Shown here: one piece after another, positions 45,457 to 54,535 of the stretch
Layout of the letters: the number at the start of each line of letters is the position of its first letter
Position numbering within the stretch: position 1 is the first letter of the stretch
From: Deltaproteobacteria bacterium
GTDB taxonomy: Bacteria; Myxococcota_A; Polyangia; Polyangiales; Sandaracinaceae
Assembly (NCBI GenBank): GCA_046342295.1
Contig: JBKDQC010000599.1
Coordinates: forward strand, 531-64,530
Direction of reading: 5' to 3'
DNA: 64,000 nt
Notes under the pieces: model-generated
Told to the model about the DNA's origin: nothing
Seen by the model: the letters and a program-made list of their open reading frames with translations, nothing else
Database searches by the model: none
Made by a program: the position numbers and the translations under genes

Positions 45457-46731
45457 TCAGAGCCCCCGCAGAGCAGTCTCGACGCGGCCGCGCTCGGTCG
45501 TGCCCGCCCGCAAGGCCCGCTCGTAGTACTGCCGCGCCTGCGCGCGGTCGCTGCGGGCGCGCATCACGTCTCCGTAGAGCGCGAGCGCGTCGGCTTGCTC
45601 GGCCTGCACACGGAGAATGGAGTCGAGGAAGCCGCTCGCGAGCACGTCGCGCTGCTGCGAGAGCGCCAGACGTGCGGCGCGGAGCATGGGCTCGACGTTG
45701 CGCGTGTCGAAGCCGAAGGCTGTGCGGTAGGACTCGTACGCTTCCTCCGTGCGGGCCGTGCGTGCGAGCACATCGGCGAGCGCGGTCATCGCCGCTTGGT
45801 CGTTCGTCACGATCTCGAGCGCGCGCCGCAGCGCGGACTCGGCGCCGCCGAGCTCCCCGCGCGCCGCGAGGACACGTCCGAGGCCCGCGTGCGCCGGCTC
45901 GTGGTCCTGGCGGGCGGCCAGCGCTGCGCGGAAGGCCGCCTCGGCGCCCTCGAGCTGCGACGCGGAGACGAGCGCGTCGCCCAAAGCCGTCTGCGCCTCG
46001 GGCCACGCGGGTCGGCCCGCGACGGCCCGCTCGAGGAGCGCACGCCCCTCGTCCCCCCGGAGCAAGCGGCCGAGCTCGTAGTGGACCTCCGGGTCGAGCC
46101 CATCGAGCTCGAGCGCCCGGCGCAGCGCTCGGACCGCGTCCTCGCGCTGGCTCACGGCCGCGTAGAGGCGGCCGAGACCGAGGTGCGGGGCCGCCTCGCC
46201 CGGTCGCACGGCGGCCGCGCGCTGGTAGGCGGCCACGGCCTCGGTCGTGGCGGCGCGCAGGCGATGCGCCTCACCGAGCGCGAGCAAGCCCTCGTAGAGC
46301 GTGGGGTCGACGGCCAGCACCTCGTTCAGCGCCTCGAACGCGCGCGCGCTCCGGGCCCAGACCAGGTCCGTGCGGGCCTGGCACACGCGGGTGAGCGGTG
46401 CCGTTCGCTGGGCGCGGGCCATCGCGCGGCAGGCGGCCTCGGCGCCGCGGTGGTCCCGCTCCTCGAACGAGACCCGCGCGACATCGAAGAGCGCCTCGAG
46501 TGATCCGCGCGACAGCCGCGCGGTGCGCCCGAGCTGCTGCCGCGCCTCGCGGTAGCGGCCGGAGCGCAGAAGAGCCACGCCGAGGGCACGCTGCGCGCTC
46601 GCGTCGGCAGGCGCAGCGATCGCGGCTTCACGCAAGCGCGGCAGCTCCGTCTCCTGTGCCGACGCACGCGACAGGGGAGCGAGCACGACGGCCAGACTCG
46701 CGCACAGGACGACGGTGAAGAACGAGCGCAT
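45457..46731 (-). CDS. secreted TPR-repeat protein
   Basis: Signal peptide MRSFFTVVLCASLAVVLAPLSRASA, then repeated A..Y..AL..DP-type TPR units. Confidence 0.8.
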   Translation of the reverse strand: MRSFFTVVLCASLAVVLAPLSRASAQETELPRLREAAIAAPADASAQRALGVALLRSGRYREARQQLGRTARLSRGSLEALFDVARVSFEERDHRGAEAACRAMARAQRTAPLTRVCQARTDLVWARSARAFEALNEVLAVDPTLYEGLLALGEAHRLRAATTEAVAAYQRAAAVRPGEAAPHLGLGRLYAAVSQREDAVRALRRALELDGLDPEVHYELGRLLRGDEGRALLERAVAGRPAWPEAQTALGDALVSASQLEGAEAAFRAALAARQDHEPAHAGLGRVLAARGELGGAESALRRALEIVTNDQAAMTALADVLARTARTEEAYESYRTAFGFDTRNVEPMLRAARLALSQQRDVLASGFLDSILRVQAEQADALALYGDVMRARSDRAQARQYYERALRAGTTERGRVETALRGL

Positions 46732-46844
46732 GGTCACCTCGCGCGAAACATACCGCGTCGCGCGCACGAGGATTCGCCGAGACGCTGCCAGGCCCGATTC
46801 AGCTCCCTCCACCCCCTCCAGCCAGCGAGCCCCCTCCAGCCAGC

Positions 46845-49800
46845 TCAGAGCTGTGAGAGCCCGGTGCGGGCGTCGGCGTTGTTCGGGTCGAGCTGGAGGG
46901 CGCGCTCGAGCTCGCGCCGCGCCGCATCTCGGTTGCCGCTGCGGGCATGCGCTCGCCCGAGACCCACGTGGAACCCTGCGTTGGTGGGCGCGAGCTGGAC
47001 CGCGCGCTCGTAGGCCTGCACCGCACCGGTCGTGTCTCCCGCCGAGAGGCGGGCCGCGCCCAGGCCGCTCCATACGCTCGCGTTCGTCGGCGCGAGGCGG
47101 GTCGCCTGCTCGTAGGCCTGCGCGGCCTCGCGGTAGCGCCTCGCCTGGAAGTGCGCACGAGCCTGGGCCCGGAGGTCGTCGACGCTCGCCGTCCCCCCCG
47201 CCCCGCCGCCCGCGGCGCCAGCGCTCGGCGCACCCGCTCCGCCGGCACCCGCTCCGCCGGCACCCGCTCCGCCGGCACCCGTGCCGCCAGCGCCCGTGCC
47301 GCCAGCGCCCGTGCCGCCAGCGCCCGTGCCGCCAGCGCCCGTGCCGCCAGCGCCCGTGCCAGCGCCCGGGCGAAGTCCCGTGGCCAGCCGGGGTGCACCG
47401 GTGCTCGCGCTGCCGCTGCCTGTCGAGCCCGCCGAACCGCTGCCGGCTGAACCCGAGCCGCTGCCCGTCGAGCCCGCCGAGGTGGCCGATGAACCCGAGC
47501 CGCTCGTCGAGCCGCTGCCCGCCGAAGTGCTCCCGGCCGCACTGGGGCGCATGCCGGACGCCAGGCCACCGCCACCAGAGCCACCACCTGAGCTGCTGCC
47601 GCCACTGGCAGAGCCGCCCGTGCCCGTTCCACTCCCGCTGGGGCGCGTTCCGCTCGCGAGGCCGATGCCGCCGCTTCCGCCCGAGCCGCCAGAGCCCGAG
47701 CCGCCAGAGCCCGAGCCGCCCGAGCCGCCAGAGCCCGAGCCACCAGAGCCCAAGCCGCCAGCGCCCGAGCCACCAGCGCCCGAGCCGCCAGAGCCGGACA
47801 CGGAAGGTGCGGTCGTGGCCACCGCCGCGCTCGCGCGCGGCTGGAGCGTGATCGTCGTCGTGAAATCACTCGCGGGCATCGTCGACACGCTCGACTCGTA
47901 GTGACCTTCGAGCGTGGCGGTCGCCTGCACCAAGGAATCCCGGGGCACTTCGATCGTGACGGGCGCAGTGCCTCGCGGCGTTCCGTTGACCGTGATCGCC
48001 GCGCCAGGCGGGCTCGACTGCAGCGTCACCCGGACCATCGGCGCGGGCGCGGTCGGAGCGGGGACGACGGGAGGAGCAACGGCGACAGGCACCGTCGGGA
48101 CGGGCGTTGCGGGGACCGCCATCGGCGTTGCAGGGATCGCCACCGGCGGCGCGCCCGAGACGGCCGCGAGGATGGTCGTCTGCACCCCGCCGAGGTCCAA
48201 GAACCAAGCCGCGGCGGCACCCGCGACCGTCGTGAAGCCGCAGAAGCCCACGAGGCCGAGAAACACCCACAGGCCGGTGCGTCGCTTCCTCGGTTCCTCG
48301 GGCGTCGCCGCGCTGCTGTACGCGGGCGCAGGCGCTCCGAAACCACTGGCCGGCGCAGGCGCTCCGAACCCGCCCGCAGGCGCACCGAAGCCACCCGCGC
48401 TCGAAGGCGCGCCGAAGCCACCCGCGCTCGAAGGCGCGCCGAAGCCGCCCGCGCCCGAGGCCGCGCCGAAGCCACCCGCGCTCGAAGGCGCACCGAAGCC
48501 GCCCGCGCCCGAGGCCGCGCCGAAGCCACCCGCGCCCGAGGCCGCGCCGAAGCCACCCGCGCCCGAGGCCGCGCCGAAGCCACCCGCGCCCGAGGCCGCG
48601 CCGAAGCCACCCGCGCCCGAAGGCGCACCGAAGCCGCCCGCGCCCGAGGCGGCACCCGCGCTCGAAGGCACACCGAAGCCGCCCGAGGCCGCGCCGAAGC
48701 CACCCGCGCCCGAAGGCGCTCCCGCGCTCGAGGGCGCATCGAAGCCACCCGCACCCGCGGAGCCGCCGGGCCCTTGCGGCGGACCGAACGGCGCACCCTG
48801 TTGCGGGGGCGCCCCGAAGCCCGATGCGGGCGCTCCAAACCCCGCGCCCGATGCGGGCGCTCCGAAGCCGGGTGCGGGCGCCGTCGACGCCTGCGCGGCG
48901 GGTGGGCTCGCGGGCGCTGGCTGCGCTGTCGCTGGGGGAGCGCCCTCGATCTCTTCGAGGCCGCCGAGCGCCCGCAGCTCGTTCACCATGTCCCGCGAGA
49001 CTGCCTTCGTCTCCGCGAAATCATCGAAGTCGAGCGCCGCCGGCTCGGGCGCTGCGGGCTGGCTGGGAGGTGGGGGCGGCACCGCGAGGCCTCCCGACGG
49101 CGGGGCCGACATCTGCCCCGGGACCGTCGTCCGCGGCGGAGGCGGGGGGACGGAGCGCTTCTGACCCGGAACCGGAGGAGGATGAGACTGGCGTTGTGTC
49201 ATGGCGGAACCGTCGGAGTGGGGCGTGGCGAGAAGAGCCTCGGCGCCGGCGAGGTCGAGCGCGGACAACTGTTCCGTGCCGTCGGTACGGGGAGACGGCT
49301 GCGGCACAGCGACCGCGGCGAGGCCGAGAAGCGTTCCGCCGCCCTGCGGCCGGGACTGCGGCGCTCCGAGAGGACCCGTGAGCGGCTCGAGGATGCGGCG
49401 CACCTGCTGGGCCGAGAAAGGTCGGTCGCGCGGATCCTTCTGGAGCAATTGCGCGACGAGCGCGGTCACGACCTGGGGCTGCCCCTCGAGCGCTGGCGCG
49501 GGCTTCTGTCGGTGCTGCTCGAGGATCTCGTCGGCCGTCCCGACGAAGGGGGGCGCGCCGGTCAGGAGCTCGAAGAGCAAGCAGCCCAACGCGTAGAGGT
49601 CGCTACGGAAGCTCACGAGCTTGCCCAGCGCGTGCTCGGGCGACACGTAGGCGGGCTTTCCCACGATCTCGAACACCGACGCCGAGGCGATTCGCATGGC
49701 GACGCCCGTGTCGATCAGGCGGATGTCGCCATCGGGCTGCACGATGACGTGCTCGGGCGAGAGATCGCGCTGGAGCAGGCCGGCACGGTGAACCTCGTCG

Positions 49801-50168
49801 AGCGCTGCAGCGAGCTGTGCGACGACCTGGAGCGCGCCCTCGTAGGGCGCGCCGCGCGCGATCTTCTGACGCAGAGACTCGCCCTCGACCTCGACCCGGA
49901 AGACCCACGGGACATCGTCCGCAACACCGGTGGCATACACCTCCGCCAGGTAGGGGTGTCTGAGCGTCGCGAGCTTCTCGAGCTCGCGGCCGACACGCCC
50001 GCGCTCCGCGGCCGTCCACGCGCGCGCCGCCTCGATCAGCTTGAGCGCTCCGCGACGTTGCGTCGCCGCCTCGAGCGCACGATACGTGGCGCCCGACTGA
50101 CCAGCGGCGATGCGATCGCCCAGCTGGAAGCGCTGCGAGAGGACGTTCGGAAGCGAGCCGTCTGACAT
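46845..50168 (-). CDS. degenerate Ser/Thr kinase-like domain + FG-like repeat region + TM helix + PEGA-like domain + Gly/Ser/Ala/Thr low-complexity region + TPR domain
   Basis: Kinase fold with LLQRDLSPEHV (not HRD..N), DTG (not DFG) and AAGQSGA (degenerate G-loop). Also GGFGA(A/P)S repeats, the TM helix LWVFLGLVGFCGFTTVAGAAAAWFL, and C-terminal TPR repeats. Confidence 0.85.
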   Translation of the reverse strand: MSDGSLPNVLSQRFQLGDRIAAGQSGATYRALEAATQRRGALKLIEAARAWTAAERGRVGRELEKLATLRHPYLAEVYATGVADDVPWVFRVEVEGESLRQKIARGAPYEGALQVVAQLAAALDEVHRAGLLQRDLSPEHVIVQPDGDIRLIDTGVAMRIASASVFEIVGKPAYVSPEHALGKLVSFRSDLYALGCLLFELLTGAPPFVGTADEILEQHRQKPAPALEGQPQVVTALVAQLLQKDPRDRPFSAQQVRRILEPLTGPLGAPQSRPQGGGTLLGLAAVAVPQPSPRTDGTEQLSALDLAGAEALLATPHSDGSAMTQRQSHPPPVPGQKRSVPPPPPRTTVPGQMSAPPSGGLAVPPPPPSQPAAPEPAALDFDDFAETKAVSRDMVNELRALGGLEEIEGAPPATAQPAPASPPAAQASTAPAPGFGAPASGAGFGAPASGFGAPPQQGAPFGPPQGPGGSAGAGGFDAPSSAGAPSGAGGFGAASGGFGVPSSAGAASGAGGFGAPSGAGGFGAASGAGGFGAASGAGGFGAASGAGGFGAASGAGGFGAPSSAGGFGAASGAGGFGAPSSAGGFGAPSSAGGFGAPAGGFGAPAPASGFGAPAPAYSSAATPEEPRKRRTGLWVFLGLVGFCGFTTVAGAAAAWFLDLGGVQTTILAAVSGAPPVAIPATPMAVPATPVPTVPVAVAPPVVPAPTAPAPMVRVTLQSSPPGAAITVNGTPRGTAPVTIEVPRDSLVQATATLEGHYESSVSTMPASDFTTTITLQPRASAAVATTAPSVSGSGGSGAGGSGAGGLGSGGSGSGGSGGSGSGGSGSGGSGGSGGIGLASGTRPSGSGTGTGGSASGGSSSGGGSGGGGLASGMRPSAAGSTSAGSGSTSGSGSSATSAGSTGSGSGSAGSGSAGSTGSGSASTGAPRLATGLRPGAGTGAGGTGAGGTGAGGTGAGGTGAGGTGAGGAGAGGAGAGGAGAPSAGAAGGGAGGTASVDDLRAQARAHFQARRYREAAQAYEQATRLAPTNASVWSGLGAARLSAGDTTGAVQAYERAVQLAPTNAGFHVGLGRAHARSGNRDAARRELERALQLDPNNADARTGLSQL
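47228..47368. repeat. in-frame 15-nt tandem repeats (encode GAGGT/GAGGA pentapeptides on the minus strand)
   Basis: ggcacccgctccgcc x3, then agcgcccgtgccgcc x5. Confidence 0.85.
48330..48770. repeat. in-frame 27-nt tandem repeats (encode GAGGFGA(A/P)S nonapeptides on the minus strand)
   Basis: The unit gccgcgccgaagccacccgcgcccgag repeats about 14-16 times with variants. Confidence 0.85.
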
Positions 50169-50355
50169 GGGGGTGCGATGCTAGCCGGTGACATGGACGG
50201 GTCAACGCGGTGGCCCCGCCGCCAGTTGAGCTTTGACACGGTTTGACCTCGCGGCTTGGGCTTCGGTCGAACGCCGGCCGGGCCATGCAAATCCGGCTCT
50301 CGCCAAGGAGCAGCGCTCGAAGCAACATCGGGCACGAGCCGCCGATACCGAGCGC

Positions 50356-51423
50356 ATGTCTGACGACAAGACCGAGGAGCCCACACCCAGGCGTTTGAGG
50401 GAGGCGCGCGAGCGCGGCCAGGTCGCGAGGAGCAAGGAGCTCGGGACGGCCGCGCTGCTGCTCGTGACCGCGGCGACGCTCGCGAGCGCGGCGCCCGGCT
50501 TCCTCCGCTCGTTCCGCGACCTGCTCGAGCCTGCGCTCGCCGCCGCACGCGGCGAGAGCGAGCTCTCCGCGGCCGGGGCGCTGTCATTGGGCATGGAGGT
50601 CGCCTCGGGCGTGAGCCTGCCCGTCCTCGCAGCGCTCGTGACCGTCGCGGTGGTCGCTTCGATCGTCCAGACGGGCCCCGTGCTCGCGCTCCAGGCGATC
50701 CGCTGGGACCTCTCTCGCCTCGATCCGATCGCGGGCGCAAGCCGTCTCTTCGGTCGCGACGCGTGGGTCGAGCTCGGCCGTTCCGTGCTCAAGGTGGGCA
50801 TCGTCGCCTGGGTCGTGATCGGGGTCGTCGAAGACGCGATGCGCGGCTCGATCGCCCTCGTCGGGCGCGACGCGAGCGCGCTCGCCGGCGCGCTCGGCGC
50901 CGTGGTGCAGGGCCTCCTCACGCGGAGCGGAGGCGCCATGCTGGCGGTCGCAGCCGCCGATGTCGTCTACCAGCGCTGGCGGCTCACGAAGGAGCTGCGC
51001 ATGACCAAGGAGGAGGTCAAGCGCGAGCACAAGGACGCCGAAGGCGACCCGCACGCGAAGGGAGAGCGCGACCGTGTGCGTCGCGAGATCGCGCAGCACG
51101 ACACAGCTGAATCCGTGCGCAGGGCGAGCGTGGTCGTCGTCAACCCCACCCACCTCGCCGTCGCGCTGCGCTTCGAGGAAGAGGAGAGCGAGGGCGCGCC
51201 CGAGGTCGTCGCCAAGGGCATGGAGGAGGAGGCGATCTACATCCGCCGACTCGCGGAGGAGGCGGGCGTGCCCATCGTGCGTGACATCCCTCTGGCGCGA
51301 GGCCTCTTCGAGCTCGAGCTCGGTGCGGAGATCCCCGAGCGCCTCTACGACGCAGTGGCCGCCGTGCTGCACGTCGCGTGGGCCGAGCGCGCCGCGGGCG
51401 AGCACGGGGGAGGTGCCGCTTGA
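50356..51423 (+). CDS. sctU: type III secretion export-apparatus switch protein, SctU/FlhB family (full length)
   Basis: N-terminal DKTEEPTPRRLREARERGQVARSKEL, 4 TM helices, MTKEEVKREHKDAEGDP, and the autocleavage motif VVVNPTHLAVAL. Confidence 0.88.
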   Translation: MSDDKTEEPTPRRLREARERGQVARSKELGTAALLLVTAATLASAAPGFLRSFRDLLEPALAAARGESELSAAGALSLGMEVASGVSLPVLAALVTVAVVASIVQTGPVLALQAIRWDLSRLDPIAGASRLFGRDAWVELGRSVLKVGIVAWVVIGVVEDAMRGSIALVGRDASALAGALGAVVQGLLTRSGGAMLAVAAADVVYQRWRLTKELRMTKEEVKREHKDAEGDPHAKGERDRVRREIAQHDTAESVRRASVVVVNPTHLAVALRFEEEESEGAPEVVAKGMEEEAIYIRRLAEEAGVPIVRDIPLARGLFELELGAEIPERLYDAVAAVLHVAWAERAAGEHGGGAA

Positions 51424-51815
51424 GCGCGCTTCGCGTTTCCGACGGCGCGCTCTCTCCAGCGACGATCACCAGCCTCGCCGACGAGCTGGGCGAGCTCGCG
51501 CGCGCACAGGCTGTTCACGGCGCGGAGCTCGCGCCCGAGCTCGTCCGCCTCGGAGCGGCGTGGCGCACGCCGGACGCGCACACGGGCCTCGGCGAGGCCG
51601 CGCCCATGCTCCGCACCGCAACCCTCGAGGAGGTCACTCGCATCGGCGCCCACCTCGGTCGGCTCGAGCGGGCGGCGAGCGAGCTGCCGGAGGAAGACAG
51701 TCTGCGCATCGCGGGGCGGCTCGCGCGCGTGCGCGTGCTCGTCGAGTGCGCGGGAGCGCTCGCGACGCTCCGGGCGGTCGCGGCCGCGGGCCTCTGCGCC
51801 GCGAGGCCGGCGTGA
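51420..51815 (+). CDS. hypothetical small protein (TTG start overlapping the sctU stop)
   Basis: The frame is open and helical-looking (LADELGELARAQ...). The start codon is uncertain and the Ala/Arg-rich composition limits confidence. Confidence 0.4.
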   Translation: MSALRVSDGALSPATITSLADELGELARAQAVHGAELAPELVRLGAAWRTPDAHTGLGEAAPMLRTATLEEVTRIGAHLGRLERAASELPEEDSLRIAGRLARVRVLVECAGALATLRAVAAAGLCAARPA

Positions 51816-52267
51816 GCCCCGAGGCGGCCTTGCTCGCGCGTGCGCTCCTGGACGGCCGCACGCTCGCGTCGGTGATCGGAGTGCCCGACGCGAGCCTCGA
51901 GGCGGCCCGCGACCTGGCGCGTTGGGCCGCGGCGATCGGCGAGCCGCAGCTCGCGCTCGCGGTCTGGGACGGCTGCGCCGCGCTCGATGACGCGGCGCCC
52001 TCGTGGCTCGGCCTGGCCGAGGTGGCCCTCGCGGCAGGCGAGGCCGGCCGCGCCTTCGAGGCGGCCGCGCAAGCGCGGGACCGCGCCGGCATCACGGACC
52101 GGGATCGCGCCGCGCTCGTCTCGGCGCGCGCCTGTCTACTCGGGGGGCGCGTCGCGGAGGCGCGCGCGTGGCTCCACACGATCTCCGGCGACGCGGACAA
52201 CGACGTCGCGCAGCTCGCACGCGCGATCGAAGCGTCGCTCGAGGCGCGTGCGGTGCAGGCTGGATGA
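51812..52267 (+). CDS. TPR-like protein resembling class II type III secretion chaperones (SycD/LcrH/IpgC pattern)
   Basis: GTGA overlap start. By eye, ALLDGRTLASVIGVPDASLEAARDLA...ALAVWDGCAALDD...WLGLAEVALAAGE...SARACLLGGRVAEARAWL follows the spacing of G.T.A...D.LE..LA...C.LD...LGL...A.CLL..G...EA in SycD. Confidence 0.55.
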   Translation: MSPEAALLARALLDGRTLASVIGVPDASLEAARDLARWAAAIGEPQLALAVWDGCAALDDAAPSWLGLAEVALAAGEAGRAFEAAAQARDRAGITDRDRAALVSARACLLGGRVAEARAWLHTISGDADNDVAQLARAIEASLEARAVQAG

Positions 52268-52307
52268 CGCCGTGGCGAGGACCGCACGCTCGGTCCATGG
52301 TCGGCCG

Positions 52308-53063
52308 ATGCCTCGCACCCTGTCCGAAAAGCCCCGGGCTCTCGTCACCGGCGCCAGCCGCGGCATCGGCCGCGCGATCGCCGTCGAGCTCGCCAGGGCC
52401 GGCTATCCCGTCGTGCTCCACTTCAAGTCCAACGAGGCCAGAGCCCTCGAAGTGAAAGCCGAGATCGAGGCCGCCGGCGGCCGTGCGGAGACGGTCGGCT
52501 TCGACATCGCCGACTTCGACGCGACGCAGAGAGGCCTCGCCGGGCTCGGCCTCGAGGCGCGCCCGATCGGGGTCCTCGTGAACAACGCCGGTGTCACGGC
52601 CGATGCGCCGTTTCCCGCCATGGACCGCGCGCAGTGGTCGAGCGTCATCTCGACCACCCTCGACGGCTTCTACAACGTGACCCAGCCGCTCGTGATGCCG
52701 ATGGTGCGCCTCCGCTGGGGCCGGATCGTGAACATCACGAGTGTCTCGGGGCTGGTCGGCACCCGCGGCCAGGTGAACTACTCGGCCGCCAAGGCCGGGC
52801 TGATCGGGGCGACCAAGGCGCTCGCGCAGGAGCTCGCGAAGCGGAACATCACGGTCAACGCGGTCGCGCCCGGACCGGTCGAGACGGACATGTTCCAGGG
52901 GGCGCTCGCGCAAGGCACCCCGCTCGAGGAGGTCCTCAAGCACATCCCCATGCGGCGCATCGCGACGGTCGACGACGTCGCCGGCATCGTGGGCTTCCTC
53001 TGCTCGGATGCGGCCAGCTACATCACGGGGCAAGTCGTGGGAGTCAACGGCGGGATGTGTTGA
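52308..53063 (+). CDS. fabG: 3-oxoacyl-ACP reductase
   Basis: TGASRGIGRA, NNAGV, SVSG...YSAAKAG, and C-terminal GQVVGVNGGM. Confidence 0.9.
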   Translation: MPRTLSEKPRALVTGASRGIGRAIAVELARAGYPVVLHFKSNEARALEVKAEIEAAGGRAETVGFDIADFDATQRGLAGLGLEARPIGVLVNNAGVTADAPFPAMDRAQWSSVISTTLDGFYNVTQPLVMPMVRLRWGRIVNITSVSGLVGTRGQVNYSAAKAGLIGATKALAQELAKRNITVNAVAPGPVETDMFQGALAQGTPLEEVLKHIPMRRIATVDDVAGIVGFLCSDAASYITGQVVGVNGGMC

Positions 53064-53133
53064 GCCGGTGGGACGAGTGGACCCGGCGGCCAATCGGCCG
53101 ATCGGCCGAAATTCCGGCGCACCCCCGCGAGAA

Positions 53134-54516
53134 ATGATCCTCACGTCCGCGCGGGGTTCGACCGATGACCGGCGCATGGCCGGAGTGCCGCGCGCACCGA
53201 TGCGTCCGACCGCCCACGCGCGCGTGAGGCAGAGTGGGCTCCAGCCTGTCCTCGGGGCTCCCGCCGCCGAGACCCAGGGATCGACCGAAGCCGAGCGGAT
53301 CGAGCGGCTCGAACGGCGCGCGGCGCAGGCCGAGCGTCTGGCCTCGATCGGAACGATGGCCGCGGGGATCGCGCACGAGATCAACAACCCGTTGATGTAC
53401 GTGCTGGCCAACACCTCCTTCGGCGTCGAGACCCTCGACCGGCACGTCGCGGCGCTGCGGCGGTTGCGGGAGGCGGGAACCGGGGGTCTCGACCCCGCGC
53501 TCGCCGATCTCGCCGAGCTGCGCACGGCGCTGCTCGAGGCGAGCGAAGGTATCGAACGGGTGCGCACGATCGTCGCCGACCTGCGCCGCTTCGCGCGCGC
53601 CGAGGGCGTCGAGACCAAGACGCTCGTGCTCGCGGAGGTCGTCGTGCGGGCAGCCCGGATGAGCGCGGGCGTGGTCGCGCCGCGCGCACGGTTGCGCACC
53701 GAGCTCGGGAGCGCGCCGCCGGTACGCGGCAGCGAGGGCATGCTCGTGCAGGTGCTCACGAACGTGCTCGTCAACGCGGCCGAAGCGATGGGGGACGGGG
53801 CCAAGCCGGGCGAGATCGTCCTTCGGACCTCGAGCAGCCGCGCGGGCGAGGCCGTGATCGAGATCCTCGACGACGGACCCGGGTTCACGGCCGAGGCCCT
53901 CGACCGCCTCTTCGACCCCTTCTTCACCACCAAGCCGGTGGGCTCGGGGACGGGTCTGGGCCTCTCGATCTCGCATGGTGTGGTGCGGGCGATGGGCGGC
54001 CTCATCACGGCCGACAACCGCCCCGAAGGAGGAGCGATCGTGAGGATCGTGCTGCCCGCTGCCCCCGACGAGAGTCATCAACCCAGCCGGGAGGCGCGTC
54101 CGAGCCGGCCCGAGCAGCTCGCGTCCGTGAGGCCGCCGCGCCCGAACCGGCCCCGCGTCCTCGTCATCGACGACGATCCGATCGTGGGCCGGTCGATCGT
54201 TCGTCTGCTGCGCTCGAGCACCGAAGCGACGGCGGTGACGAGCGGGCGCGACGCCCAGGCGCTGCTCGCCGCAGGACGCGACTACGAGCTGATCTTCTGC
54301 GATCTCATGATGCCCGACATGTCGGGCGCGGAAGTGCACGCGTGGATCCTCCGCGAGCGACCCGACCTCGCGGACCGGCTCGTGTTCCTGTCCGGGGGCG
54401 CGACCACGAGCGAGGCCCAGCGCTTTCTCGAGGAGTGCGCGCCGAGCTATCTCACCAAGCCGGTCCCGGCGCAGGTGCTGCGCGAGCTCGTCGCGCGGCG
54501 TGTCGCAGAGGGATGA
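53134..54516 (+). CDS. hybrid sensor histidine kinase / response regulator
   Basis: H-box GIAHEINNPL, N-box NVLVNAAEA, G-boxes DDGPGF and GSGTGLGLS, and a C-terminal REC domain (VIDDD...CDLMMPDMSG...TKP). Start is uncertain (53134 or 53176). Confidence 0.88.
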   Translation: MILTSARGSTDDRRMAGVPRAPMRPTAHARVRQSGLQPVLGAPAAETQGSTEAERIERLERRAAQAERLASIGTMAAGIAHEINNPLMYVLANTSFGVETLDRHVAALRRLREAGTGGLDPALADLAELRTALLEASEGIERVRTIVADLRRFARAEGVETKTLVLAEVVVRAARMSAGVVAPRARLRTELGSAPPVRGSEGMLVQVLTNVLVNAAEAMGDGAKPGEIVLRTSSSRAGEAVIEILDDGPGFTAEALDRLFDPFFTTKPVGSGTGLGLSISHGVVRAMGGLITADNRPEGGAIVRIVLPAAPDESHQPSREARPSRPEQLASVRPPRPNRPRVLVIDDDPIVGRSIVRLLRSSTEATAVTSGRDAQALLAAGRDYELIFCDLMMPDMSGAEVHAWILRERPDLADRLVFLSGGATTSEAQRFLEECAPSYLTKPVPAQVLRELVARRVAEG

Positions 54517-54535
54517 AGCGGCGTTCGGCAGACCC

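Noticed and set aside
52308-53063. Linking fabG to the ketosynthase pair at 36.8-38.9 kb as a single biosynthetic cluster.
   Set aside because: The genes are 14 kb apart on opposite strands, with about 15 unrelated genes between them. The window offers no support for a shared cluster.
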